DNA of 63,938 nucleotides, counting the filler, from Chiloscyllium plagiosum (taxonomy: Eukaryota): assembly GCF_004010195.1 (NCBI RefSeq). It is 4 parts of one record of this genome, joined end to end, with 100 filler letters (N's around TTAATTAATTAA, not from the genome) between each part and the next. Parts side by side here need not be neighbours in the genome. Positions count along the whole stretch, not along the records: positions 1 to 12,890 come from NC_057713.1; 3 more parts are not named here. One strand, written 5' to 3'. Positions 1 to 10,622 of the stretch are shown piece by piece. The position numbers were made by a program, and so were the translations under genes. Position 1 is the first letter of the stretch. Each line of letters starts with the position of its first letter. The notes beneath the pieces were generated by a model. The model was not told where the DNA came from, did not search any database, and saw only the letters and a program-made list of their open reading frames with translations.

Positions 1-620
1 CACAGGTTCACCTGCACCTCCACACATATCATCTATTGCATCCTTTGCACCCGATGTGGCCTCCTCTATATTGGGGAGACTGGCCGGCTACTTGTGGAGC
101 GTTTCAGAGAACACCTCTGGGACACCCGGACCAACCAACCCAACCACCCTGTAGCTCAACATTTCAATTCCCCCTCCCACTCCACCAAGGATATGCAGGT
201 CTTTGGATTCCTCCATCGTCAGACCACAGCGAAACGATGGTTGGAGGAAGAACGCCTCATCTTCCGGCTAGGAACGCTCCAACCACAAGGGATGAACTCG
301 GGTTTCACCAGTTTCCTCATTTCCCCTCCCCCCACCTTGTCTCAGTATAATCCATCGAATTCAGCACCGCCTTCCTAACCTGCAATCTTCTTCCCGACCT
401 CTCCGCCCCCACCCCAGTCTGACCTATCACCCTCACCTTGACCTCTTTCCACCTATCACATTTCCGACGCCCCTCCCCCAAGTCCCTCCTCCCTACCTTT
501 TATCTTAGCCTGCTGGACAAACTTTCCTCATTCCTGAAGAAGGGCTTATTCCCGAAACGTCGATTCTCCTGTTCCCTGGATGCTGCCTGACCTGCTGCGC
601 TTTTCCAGCAACACATTTCC
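1..620 (+). mobile_element. Penelope-like retroelement 3' end: GIY-YIG endonuclease C-terminus (frame 1, 1-378) plus pseudo-LTR
   Basis: Frame 1 reads HRFTCTSTHIIYCILCTRCGLLYIGETGRLLVERFREHL...PVAQHFNSPSH, a GIY-YIG motif with the CxxC insert typical of Penelope-like elements. It is followed by the terminal repeat (cctgaagaagggctt...cgaaacgtcgattctcctg...) that recurs many times in the window. Confidence 0.85.
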
Positions 621-1406
621 AGAGATGTTAGTGCACTTGTCGAGAGCAGCTGGGACCTGAACCTGGACCTTCTGGCACAGGTGGGGTGACTACAGTGCCA
701 ATTATTGCTGAAACCTAGGATTGAACCGTAAACCTTTAGATCTTTAGTTAAACGCTTTCCCAAATGTTATTTCCCGGAGTACAATAATCTGTTAACTTTT
801 TTAAACAGGTTGATGAGAAAAATAAGTTAGTGATGTTACTACACACCTCTGGAGCAGGTGGGTCTTTCAGTCCGGGGCTAGGAGTTACTACCAGTACATC
901 ACAAGAGGGCTCCTTACATGTTTTAATCAACCTGTTCAGAGATATTATTTCACACATTTAGGCAGGTGGGCCTTGAACAGAATTTGAGATTAAATTCGCG
1001 ATACCTGAGCATTTGTCTCAACTTTAAAACAATATGTGCTACAACAAGTTATTGAAACAAACTGAAGTCCTACTTCCTGATTCCTATATCTTATTCTTCA
1101 CCCTGGAGATGATATGCAAGCAATAATGAAATATTGACAACAGCTGACTTATTATTTTATATAACTTTTCAATGATACTTTCTGAACCAGTTCCTGGTAA
1201 AATTTCCACTGTCATTACTATTGGTAATCTTAGAGGTTATAAACAGATTCATTTACCTTGTTAGACCATTGACACCACTATCAAGCCAGGCATCCTGCAG
1301 CATTGTCAAAGCCAGTTTAGTTTTTGGGAAGCTCAGTGAGCGCCTTTGGAATGCCTGGTGCAAGGTCACAGTCGACAAGGCTGTAATTTAGGGAACCGTG
1401 CTTTGA

Positions 1407-2390
1407 ACAGAGTCATACAGCACAGAAATAGACCCTTCGGTCCAACTTACCTCTATCGACCAGACGTCTCAATCTGATCGAGTCCTATTTGCCAGCATTT
1501 GGCTCATATCCCTCAACTCCTCGGAGTATTGAGTACAGTTCTCACCACTGCAATACAGGAAGGATGTGGAAACTTTGGAAAGGGTTCAGAGGGGATGCAC
1601 GAGGATGTTGCATGGTAATTCCTGAAGAAGGTCTTATGCCTGAAATGTCGATTCTCCCTGCTCCTCGAATGCTGCCTGACCTGCGCTTTTTCAGCAACAT
1701 ATTTTTCAGCTGTTGCCTGGTATGGAGGGAAGGTCTTATGAGGAAAGGCTGAGGGACTGGAGGCTGTTTTCATTAGAGAGAAGGTGGTTGAGTGACTTAA
1801 TTGAGACATATTAGATAATCTGAAGGTTAGATAGGGTGGACAGTGAAAGCCTTTTTCCTTGGAAGGTGATGGCTAGCATGAGGGTCATAGCTTTAAATTG
1901 AGGGGTGATAGATATAAGACAGAGGTTAGACGTAGTTTCTTTACTCCGTGTTAGGGGTATGAAATGCACTACCTGCAACAGTAGTAGCCTCGCCAACTTT
2001 CAGGGCATTTAAATGGTCATTAGATAAATGAATGGATGAAAATGGAATAGTTTTGGATAGATAGCCTCAGATTGGTTCCACAGGTTGGCGCAACATAGAA
2101 GGCCAAAGGGCCTGTACTGCGCTGTTACGTTCTATGCAAACCCTTCGTATTCATATACCCATCTAAATGCCTTTTAAATGTTGCAGTTGCATCCACCACC
2201 TCTGGCAGATTGTTCTATACACATACCACATCATCTTGGAAAACGTTATCCCTCTGGTCCTTTTCAAATCTTTACCCTCCTACCTTAAACCTGTGCCCTC
2301 TCGTTTTGAACACCCCCCACCATAGGAAAAAGACATCATGTATTCACTCTATCCATGCCCTTGATGATTCCATAAACCTCTAAGGTCACA
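1407..2390. mobile_element. Nested CR1 LINE 3' fragments on both strands, with a short Penelope-derived terminus inserted at ~1617-1710
   Basis: CR1 ORF2 C-terminal/3'UTR-like sequence (gagggtcatagctttaaattgaggggtgatagat...) plus the same Penelope terminal motif seen at 530-610. Boundaries are approximate. Confidence 0.7.
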
Positions 2391-2619
2391 GGTGTTGAAC
2401 GTATGTCCCATTACTATACTTTCACTTCAAGCTAATGAAAATGAGATGGCTGATATTGAAGCTGTAAATTGGAGGTGGAGGGAAGGAATGGACACACAGC
2501 AATGCTGATCAGGTATAATGTGAAATAGATACCAAAGAAAATCTGTGCCTCATGTAGTATTAGACACTTCAACTCTGGGGAGAAAGTTTCTGACCATCTA
2601 AGCATCTCATTATTGTATG

Positions 2620-5600
2620 GACTTCTGTCAAATCTCCCCTGAGCCTCCACTGTTCCAGAGAAAATAATCAGAGTTTTTCTAGTCTCTCCTTATAGTTCAT
2701 ACACTTTAATCCAGGCAACATCGTGGTAAACTTCTGCACCCTCTCTAAAACCACCTCAGCCTTCTTGTAATGTGGTGACCAGAATTTAATGTAACACTCG
2801 AAGTGTGACCTAAACAAAGTCTTAAAAGGCTGCAACATGACATCCTGACTCCTGTACTCAATTCTCCAACAAAAAAAAGGGAAGCATGTCATATATCATC
2901 CTTATCACCCCATCTACGGAGTGGCCACTGTCAAGGAGCTATGGACTTGAACTCCAAGATTCTACTGTATTTTCGTGCTGTTCAGGGTCCTGACATTAAC
3001 TGTATACTTTTCCTTAACTCTTGATCTTTCAAAGTGCCGCACCTAACACTTACCTAGGTTAATCTCTTGCCATTTCTCTGCCCATATCTGCAACTGCCCA
3101 TATCCTTTCACGACCTTCTGCACTATCCACAATTTCACTGATCTTTGTATCATCTGCAAACTTAATAACCCATTCATCTACATTTTCATGCAAGTCATCA
3201 AATAGCAGAGGTCCCAGTATGGATCCCTGTGGAACACCACTAGTTACAGGAAACATGCTTCCGCTGATGGGTGAGTCCCGAACCAGAGGACACAGCTTAA
3301 AAATAAGCGGTAGGCCATTTAGGACAGAGATGAGGAGAAACTACTTCACCCAGAGAGTGGTGGGTGTGTGGAATGCGCTGCCCCTGAAGGTAGTGGAGGC
3401 CCAGTCTCTGGATTCGTTTAAGAAAGAGTTGGATAGAGCTTTCAACGATAGTGGAACCAAGGGTTATGGAAATAAGGCAGGAACAGGATACGGATTGAGG
3501 ATGATCAGCCATGATCATAATGAATGGTGGTGCAGGCTTGAAGGGCAGAATGGCCTACTCCTGCACCTATTGTCTTACGGACCTCCAGCCCCAAAAACAC
3601 CCTCCACCACTATCCTCTGTCTCCAATTCTGAATGCACACAGCCAAGTCAGTATGGATCCCATGCATCTCAGTCTTGTAGATGAGCCTACCAGGAGGGAC
3701 CTTGTTGAAAGCCTTATTAAAATCATGGAGACAACATTATTTGCTCTGCCATCATCGATCACCTTTGTCACTACCTCGAACAATTCAGTCAAGTTAATAA
3801 GACATGACCTGCCTTCACAAGCCATGCTGACTGTCCGTAATTAGGCAAAGCTTTCCAAATCCTATTCTTAAGAATTCTCTCTAATAGCTTCCCAACCACT
3901 GATGTGAGACTAGTAGGTCTATAGTTTCCCAGATTGCCTCTATTTCTGCTCTTGAATAGAAGAATGACATCAGCTACTTGCCAGTCCTCTGGGACCCCTC
4001 CAATGGCTAATGAAGATACAAAGATCTTGGTCAAGGCTCCAGAAATCTTTTCTCTTGCCTCACTCAATAACTTTAGGTAAATACCAGGCCCTGAGGATTT
4101 ATCCACCTTAATGCTCTTCAAGAGACTCAACATAATTTCTTTCTTGATCTCAAAATGCCCAAGCATAATAAGCATGCTCCACATGATTCTCTGTCTTCCA
4201 TATCCTCTTTCTGGATAAATACTGACACAAAGTACTCACTTAGAATCTCATCCACATCCTCTGTCTCCAAGCACAAGTTTCCTCCTTTATCCTGGAGTAG
4301 TCCTACCTTCTCCCTAGTTATCCTCTTTGTTTGAATGTATGAATGCCTTGGGATTCTCTATAACCCTACTTGCCAAGGTCATTTTATTGCCCCTTCTTGA
4401 TTTCATCATTCCCTGCTGAGTTTTTCCTGCTTTCTTTCCATTCCTCATGGATCCTGTCTGATTTTAGCTTCCTAAACCTTACATAAGCTTTTTTTCCCCT
4501 TTGACTAAATTCACAACCTCCCTCGTTATCCAAATGTCCCTCACCTTGCCATCCTTGTCTTTTCTCCTTCATGGTATATGCCAGCTCTGAACTCTGATCA
4601 GTAGGTCTTTAAACAACTTCCACAAGTCAAATGTGGACTTGCCCAATAACAGCTCCTCCCAATGAACACTTCCTAGCTCCTGCCTAATACTGATGTAATT
4701 TTCCCTCCCTCAATTTAATACCTTTCCACAGGATCCTGATTCACCCTTATTCTTAAAACTTAAGGATTTCAAAGTGCGAACCTACTGAAAGGCCAGACTC
4801 ATTAGTCAATGCAAGGTCCAGTCTGGCCCCTCTTCTAGCTGAACTATCCACATATTGTTTCAAGAATCCCTCTTGTATATACTTAACAAATTCTGCCCTT
4901 TCCTCTAAGGGAGTCCCATCAATATTGGGCAAGTTGAACTCACCCACAACCCTGTTAATATTGCATTTTTCCATAATGTGTCTACATTGTTCCTCAGTGG
5001 CTGTCAGGGGGCCAAAGTATAATGCTATCAGAGTGATTGCACCCATCCTATTTTTGAGCTGTACCAATTTTGCCTCGATGTCTTCTCTGAATGCAGATGT
5101 GACTTTCTCCCTGATTAGTAGTGCAACTCCATCATCTCTCTTACCTTCTTCTCCATCTCATCTAAAACAACAAAACTCTGGAACATTGAGCAGCCAATCC
5201 TGTCCCCCTCAGCCACGTCTGTTATGACTGCAACATCATAGTCCCATGTACTGATCCAAGCTCTAAGCATATATATCTTACCTATAATAATCCTTGCTTT
5301 GAAATAAACACACTTCAGCCCATTTGTACCATTGTGTTCATTTACTTGTCTCTGTCTGTCCTTCCTTTCTAGTACCTTCCCCTCCACTTGCTGACCTGCT
5401 GCTCTAGTATAAACTCTCCTGAGTAGCACTGGCCAACCTTCTTGCGAAGATAATGGTTCTCCTCCAGTTTAGGTGCAACCTATCCCTCTTGTACAGGTTG
5501 CCCCTGCCCGAAAAGAAGTCCCAATGATCCAAGAACCTGCAACCCTGCCCCCTACACCAGCTTTTTAGCCACACATTCATCAGTCCTACTTTCTATTCCT

Positions 5601-5900
5601 TGCATCACTAGCACATGACACTGGTAGTAACCCAGAGATTGTGACCCCCTCGGTCCTGTTTTTCAGCTTTCCTAGCTCCCTGTTCTCACTCCACAGGACC
5701 TCATCCCTCTTTCCAGCTGTGTCATTAGTACCCATGCGCACAACAACCTCTGGCTGTTTATCCTTCTCCCTTAAGAATTTCATGCAACCTCTGAGATGTC
5801 TTTGATCCTGGCACCAGGGAGGCAACACACTGCTGGAATTTTGGGTGTGGACACAAACGCCTGTCTGTGCCCCTAACCATTGGGTCTGCTAACATTATCG
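2620..5900 (-). mobile_element. Decayed long CR1 LINE (ORF1 SGNH-esterase fragment, APE endonuclease, RT)
   Basis: Minus-strand peptides: VVVRMGTND (ORF1 esterase-like), endonuclease pieces (GEFNLPNID, RLDLALTNE), GNYRPTSLTSVVGKLLE and SGVPQGSILGPLLF...KFADDTK (RT). Many stops and frameshifts. Confidence 0.88.
3249..3577 (+). mobile_element. CR1 LINE 3' end nested in the opposite orientation within the older CR1
   Basis: ESRTRGHSLKISGRPFRTEMRRNYFTQRVVGVWNALP is the CR1 ORF2 C-terminus. It interrupts the minus-strand RT. Confidence 0.85.
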
Positions 5901-8264
5901 CATACTTAGACTTTGCCCAACCGTGCTTAATGGCAGAGCTCGTTGTAATGTCCCAGGCATGGCTGCTGCTGTTGTTCTACCCTGAGAGGCTGTGTCCGCT
6001 CTTCTTCCTTTTCCTCTTTTCTCCCCCCCCCCCCCCCCCCCCCAACATTCTGCAGTCAAGGATACTAGACTGCTCCCTGATTTTCCACATCTAGCAGGAT
6101 GAGCTTGTCACTTTGCCCCTTTACACAAAGAAAGACAAAAGAATCTTAACTTGGCTGTACCTTGCTCTCCTTACTCGCTGAGCACAGTAATCACCTAACT
6201 CTGTACTTATACCAAATAGGTATGGTAAAGAATCTGCTTAAAGGCAATTCTGAACCAGTTAGAGATTATATTATAGAAAACTACTTGTTCCAGCTCTCAA
6301 AGCCTGGACAAAAACAGTCATAAACAAACTTTATTGTGAGATCTGATGCATTGTTGATACAGAATGTAAATGCCAATTAAGGAATTCTTACCTATAATAA
6401 GATCTCCAAAGTGATTCTTGTGCACTGGCATCTGGACAGCCATTCCAGCAGCAATGAGCCTAGTCAGGTACCAAAGTGAAAGGGTCTAATTTATAGACTA
6501 GAATAAAATAGACTTCACCTGGAACAAAGAGCAGATTGATTTAACATGTACAGAAATCTAGAGTGATACCACACAGGGAAGTGACCTAGACCATTGTATC
6601 TCTGCTGGCTGTCTAGCACAGCGGTGCAATAAAACCTATTCCCCTATTCTTTACCTGTAGCCCTGGAAATGTGTTCTTTATGCATGTTTCTAATTTTCTA
6701 AAATAAGTCACTATAGCAAACTTTTTATCAACCAGCACCTACAGAACTAGGAGTATACAGAAGTACACATTTTTAACGTAAAAACACACAATAGAAATGT
6801 AATGCAGGGATACACCGCTGTTATACTTTATTTACAGCATAAATCACTTAAATGATGCAACTTTGCCTTAAATACAACTTAGTGGCAGAGAGCCTTCTCA
6901 CTTGCACCCTGAACTGACTACTTGGAAATAGCAAAGATTGTGATAATACAATAAACTTCTGCTATTTCAGGCATATAATTGCTGGTTTATTGAGTGCTGG
7001 TTTATAAGGTGCCAGTTAAAACAAAATTTACTGTACTGAATATGTTTGCACTACCTTTCAGGGCAGTACATAACATCTTAGCAATTCACCTTTTGAAAAC
7101 AGTACCCTCATTCTGTCCTTAGTTATTTTGCCATTATCATAACTCTGTGTCCTCTGGTTACTGATCCTCATCACTGGAAGCAATTACTCCATATTTACTC
7201 TTTTTTTTCAAAAATGTTTGTAATTTCAGTCTTGGAGCAAAAATTATTAGAGAAGCTGGGTTTACTCTCAATCATTCGAGATTACTACAGTCCTGGATTC
7301 CAAGTAACATTTGAATAAATATATTTTCTAAAGTCTTGACATCTTCCCTTTAAAGGCTTAGACTAACAGTTAAGTACAATACTTCAGCTAAGCTGAATAA
7401 GATTTATAAAGATTTAGAATAATCTTCTTGCTTTTGTACTGTATGCCTCTGTCATAGAGCCAAGGATTATATGCCTTTTTAAACAACCATCTTAACTTGT
7501 CCTGCTGCTTTTAAATTTTCATGTGCATAAACTCCATGTTTCTGTTACTCCACCTTCTTTAAAATTGTATCATTTACTTTAATTTGCCTCCTGCTGCCTC
7601 TTCCTACCAGAATGCATTACTTAACACTTCTGTACATTAACTTTTATCTGTCATGTGGATGCCAGTTGGCAGCCTTTCTATATCCTTTTGTTCGTTCTAC
7701 TCATTGTTTACTACATTTCCAAGTTTCTTGGCATCTGGATATTTGAAATGACGCACTGCTTCAAAATAATGCGAAAGGGGAGCAGTCTTAAGAGCTTTTT
7801 TGTGGAGAAGGCTGAACATACCTGATGGCTTATTCCTTATTACCTATGTTGCTATGTTCCTCAAAGAACTCTCAAAGACTTCAGCAGCACTTAACCTGTG
7901 ACCTCTACCACCTAGAAAGACAGGGCATACACATGGAATCATCACCAAGTGCAAGTTCACCTCTAAGCCCCACACCATCCTAACTTGAAATTATATCATT
8001 ATTTCTTCACTGTTGGGTACAAATCCTGGGACTTACCTAATAGCACAGCGGACATATATCCATGAGCTGCAACAGTTTTCGAGAAGGTAGCTCACTGCCA
8101 ACTTCTCAAGTTTAATTGGGGTTGGGTAATAAATGCTGGTATAGCTGGTGGTACCCACATTCTTAAAATATTTGTTAAAAGTTAAGGAGGTATTACTTCA
8201 GATGCAGTCAGATATGGTGCCTTGTACAGCCACAGCAAAATTTCCCTAATCTTGTATTCCAATA

Positions 8265-8880
8265 TGTTTTAAAAAAATTCTCAAGGTCAAGGACCAGGCT
8301 CGCATGAAAGTAGTCTGACACAGAACAAACAGCCAAGAGGCGAGTCTGCTAGAATATAAGTGTTTTATTCCCCGCAGCGTCGCCACAACCAGGTCTCGTA
8401 CTTACAACGGGTCTGGTTTATACTCACTCTACGTGTTACCGGAACTGGGAGCCGCCAGTTCTCGTAGAGCGGTTGCCAACAATCCACGCTCGGCGGTTAA
8501 ACGCAACCCCGGAGCAGACTCTACCGAACTGGAGACTTTTACAGCTGATATACTCTTTTCGAGATCTAAACATTCATGTGAACAGCAGAGCAAGGCTGAA
8601 AAACACATTCCATTCTGGTCACATACAGATAAGAAGATTCACACGGGAAGGTGTATAATAAGATTCACACGGGACTAAGCGACACCTTCCATTTTCGGTT
8701 AGATTCACACATGTATTGGGACACAATTTTAACCCTTTCACCACATTCCACTGCTTGGCCCAATACATGTGTTACATTATGATTCACACATGTATTGGGA
8801 CATAATTTTACACCACATTCCACTGCTTGGCCCAATACATGTGTTACATTATGAGCACACATGTATTGGGACACATCACA
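8265..8880 (-). repeat. Putative 3' LTR (TG...CA); the start is ambiguous (8880, 8817 or 8745) because the PPT/U3 boundary is triplicated
   Basis: Minus strand starts TGTG after GGGCCAAGCAGTGGAA, contains TATAAA (8417-8422) and AATAAA (8364-8369), and plausibly ends ...TTTTAAAACA at 8265 next to LINE-like flank. The 5' LTR is not visible, so the ends are unconfirmed. Confidence 0.65.
8364..8422 (-). promoter_or_regulatory. LTR TATA box (8417-8422) and polyadenylation signal (8364-8369)
   Basis: TATAAA followed ~50 nt downstream by AATAAA on the viral sense strand, the usual U3-R order. Confidence 0.6.
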
Positions 8881-8915
8881 TTCCACTGCTTGGCCCAATT
8901 CATGTGTTACATTAT
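8702..8915 (-). repeat. Three tandem copies (79, 72, 63 bp) of the env-end/PPT/LTR-start unit, each with a 14-bp inverted repeat
   Basis: Units at 8702-8780, 8781-8852 and 8853-8915. Arms are ACACATGTATTGGG / CCCAATACATGTGT, with one mismatch in unit 3. Confidence 0.9.
8881..8896 (-). promoter_or_regulatory. Polypurine-tract-like motif GGGCCAAGCAGTGGAA (also at 8818-8833 and 8746-8761)
   Basis: Lies 10 nt after the env stop and directly before TGTG. Resembles the ERV-L-type GCCAAGGGGTGGA-TGT junction. Confidence 0.6.
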
Positions 8916-10622
8916 GCCCATATGTATTCTTTCTAACAAGCGCCTACGAACACGCCAAATATACAAGCAAGTCAGGACATTACAGCATGTTAAAATCACC
9001 AGGACCGCTACCAGGATCGACAAGGGTGGGAACAGGAATGTCCCCGCAGTGGAGGACATACCACTCAATATGTCCCACCAATGATGAGCTGACTCCACGT
9101 CCACTACACGGGCAGCATGTACTACCTCCTGTCCATGTATAAAGGTAGACACCGTAACCTTGGTGACATTGGTTTGATGCTTTCGTAATATCTGCTTAAG
9201 CACCTCGGATCGGTCCAATGCTCGCTTAAACCGATCCAGGGAAATGTTCCAAGGATTCATCAGCACTTTCCACTGCACCTTGGTAAAGTGGCGAGCACTA
9301 CTATAAGTGGTCAACAAATAGGTCTGATTCTGCCAGTGCCACTGATAGACATTTGAGAGGCATCCCGAGAACGGTGCTGAGGGAAGCATAGGATGTGGAT
9401 TATTGGTAGCCACACAGAGCGTGTGTGGCCCAATCTGCCACATCATGTCCCTTGGAGTCTCAACAGTCCATTCGCACAGGGCCGTTCCCTTAGTCAAGCA
9501 AGGGTCCCGATACCTGTCCACCAGTAGGCAAGTTTTCCCCTGATCAGTCTGTTCACAAGCGGACAGATCATAGGCAATATTGGTATCTGGGCTAAACCAC
9601 TGCCCCCTTGTCTTCAGAAAATAATATCCAGAAGATGTAATCACTGGTAATACATAATATCGACAGACCGTAACAGTGTGGGTTACATTCATGGTAACAA
9701 AGTATCCGTTACACATAGTTGCGTTACACCATGGATGGGTTATCATCCACAATTTCTCAGATACATTCCATAGTCCCCACCACGCCTGTACATTGGGGGA
9801 TGTTACCACACGCAAAAAGCGTTCTTTCTGTATTTGAGCATGCAACATTTGAATATGACAGGCAGTCCAATTTAACTGAGCCGTAATGTTCTCAAACAGT
9901 TCCTGAGTGGCACCCCAGACATCCAGTTCCCATTGCAGAGATCGTATCATTATTTCAGCTGTCTCTCCTTGAGTCATCATTACGGATGGCATCCACCTTC
10001 CAATAGTATGTAGCCCTTGTGAGGTGGCCTGTCCCGTGTTAGATAATTTAGTACGGGTTACCTCAGAATCAATAGCATTTGAGATACCCATGACAGTTCC
10101 TGCACCTCCCAGTAGAGTGTCATACCATGCACGCCGCCTCCTCTTATGTTGGCATTCTGGGATAGCCGGCAGCCGCACCTGCCAGTGAACATCAGTGTGC
10201 AGTACTGCCTGGGCCATCTGCTGACAAGTTGACATAATGGGAGCCAACTGTGTGCGGTGCGCGTCAGAGACATTAGGGCGCACCAAGATCAGCCATAACA
10301 TTCGAGTCCGGTTTTGAATAACTGTTCCATTGCTGATCCAGATGTCCTCATCTCCAGTCGTGATGTTCCATCGTGTCCCATTTGAGCTTTCACATTCACG
10401 AGCGGTTATATTCCAATGACACATATTCACCGTTGCATTCAACATCAATGTACAGTTAGGGGTTATCAAAGTTACATTTCTCCCCTTATAACATCGTACA
10501 CAAGTATACATATGACAATCACTCGTGAGATCTAAAATTGTACACCATTGATTGGCCGCGCACTTAAAATCATCTTGCTGTCGTTCCTCACTACTAATTT
10601 TCCAACCTACATTTTGTTTCGA
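8907..10622 (-). CDS. env: Envelope glycoprotein (class I fusion protein) portion of the 992-aa ORF; N-terminal boundary approximate
   Basis: Cys- and N-glycan-rich SU, KRRRR cleavage site (10131-10145), AWYDTLLGGAGTVMGISNAI fusion peptide, helical regions, Cys-rich ectodomain, hydrophobic anchor (8955-9038) and a 15-aa basic tail. Confidence 0.88.
   Translation of the reverse strand, partial: SKQNVGWKISSEERQQDDFKCAANQWCTILDLTSDCHMYTCVRCYKGRNVTLITPNCTLMLNATVNMCHWNITARECESSNGTRWNITTGDEDIWISNGTVIQNRTRMLWLILVRPNVSDAHRTQLAPIMSTCQQMAQAVLHTDVHWQVRLPAIPECQHKRRRRAWYDTLLGGAGTVMGISNAIDSEVTRTKLSNTGQATSQGLHTIGRWMPSVMMTQGETAEIMIRSLQWELDVWGATQELFENITAQLNWTACHIQMLHAQIQKERFLRVVTSPNVQAWWGLWNVSEKLWMITHPWCNATMCNGYFVTMNVTHTVTVCRYYVLPVITSSGYYFLKTRGQWFSPDTNIAYDLSACEQTDQGKTCLLVDRYRDPCLTKGTALCEWTVETPRDMMWQIGPHTLCVATNNPHPMLPSAPFSGCLSNVYQWHWQNQTYLLTTYSSARHFTKVQWKVLMNPWNISLDRFKRALDRSEVLKQILRKHQTNVTKVTVSTFIHGQEVVHAARVVDVESAHHWWDILSGMSSTAGTFLFPPLSILVAVLVILTCCNVLTCLYIWRVRRRLLERIHMGIM

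Noticed and set aside
8433..8898. Small ORFs in the LTR region (8433-8678 +, 8665-8898 -) as possible accessory proteins
   Set aside because: Non-ATG starts; the minus-strand one just translates the triplicated repeat (GQAVEC three times).
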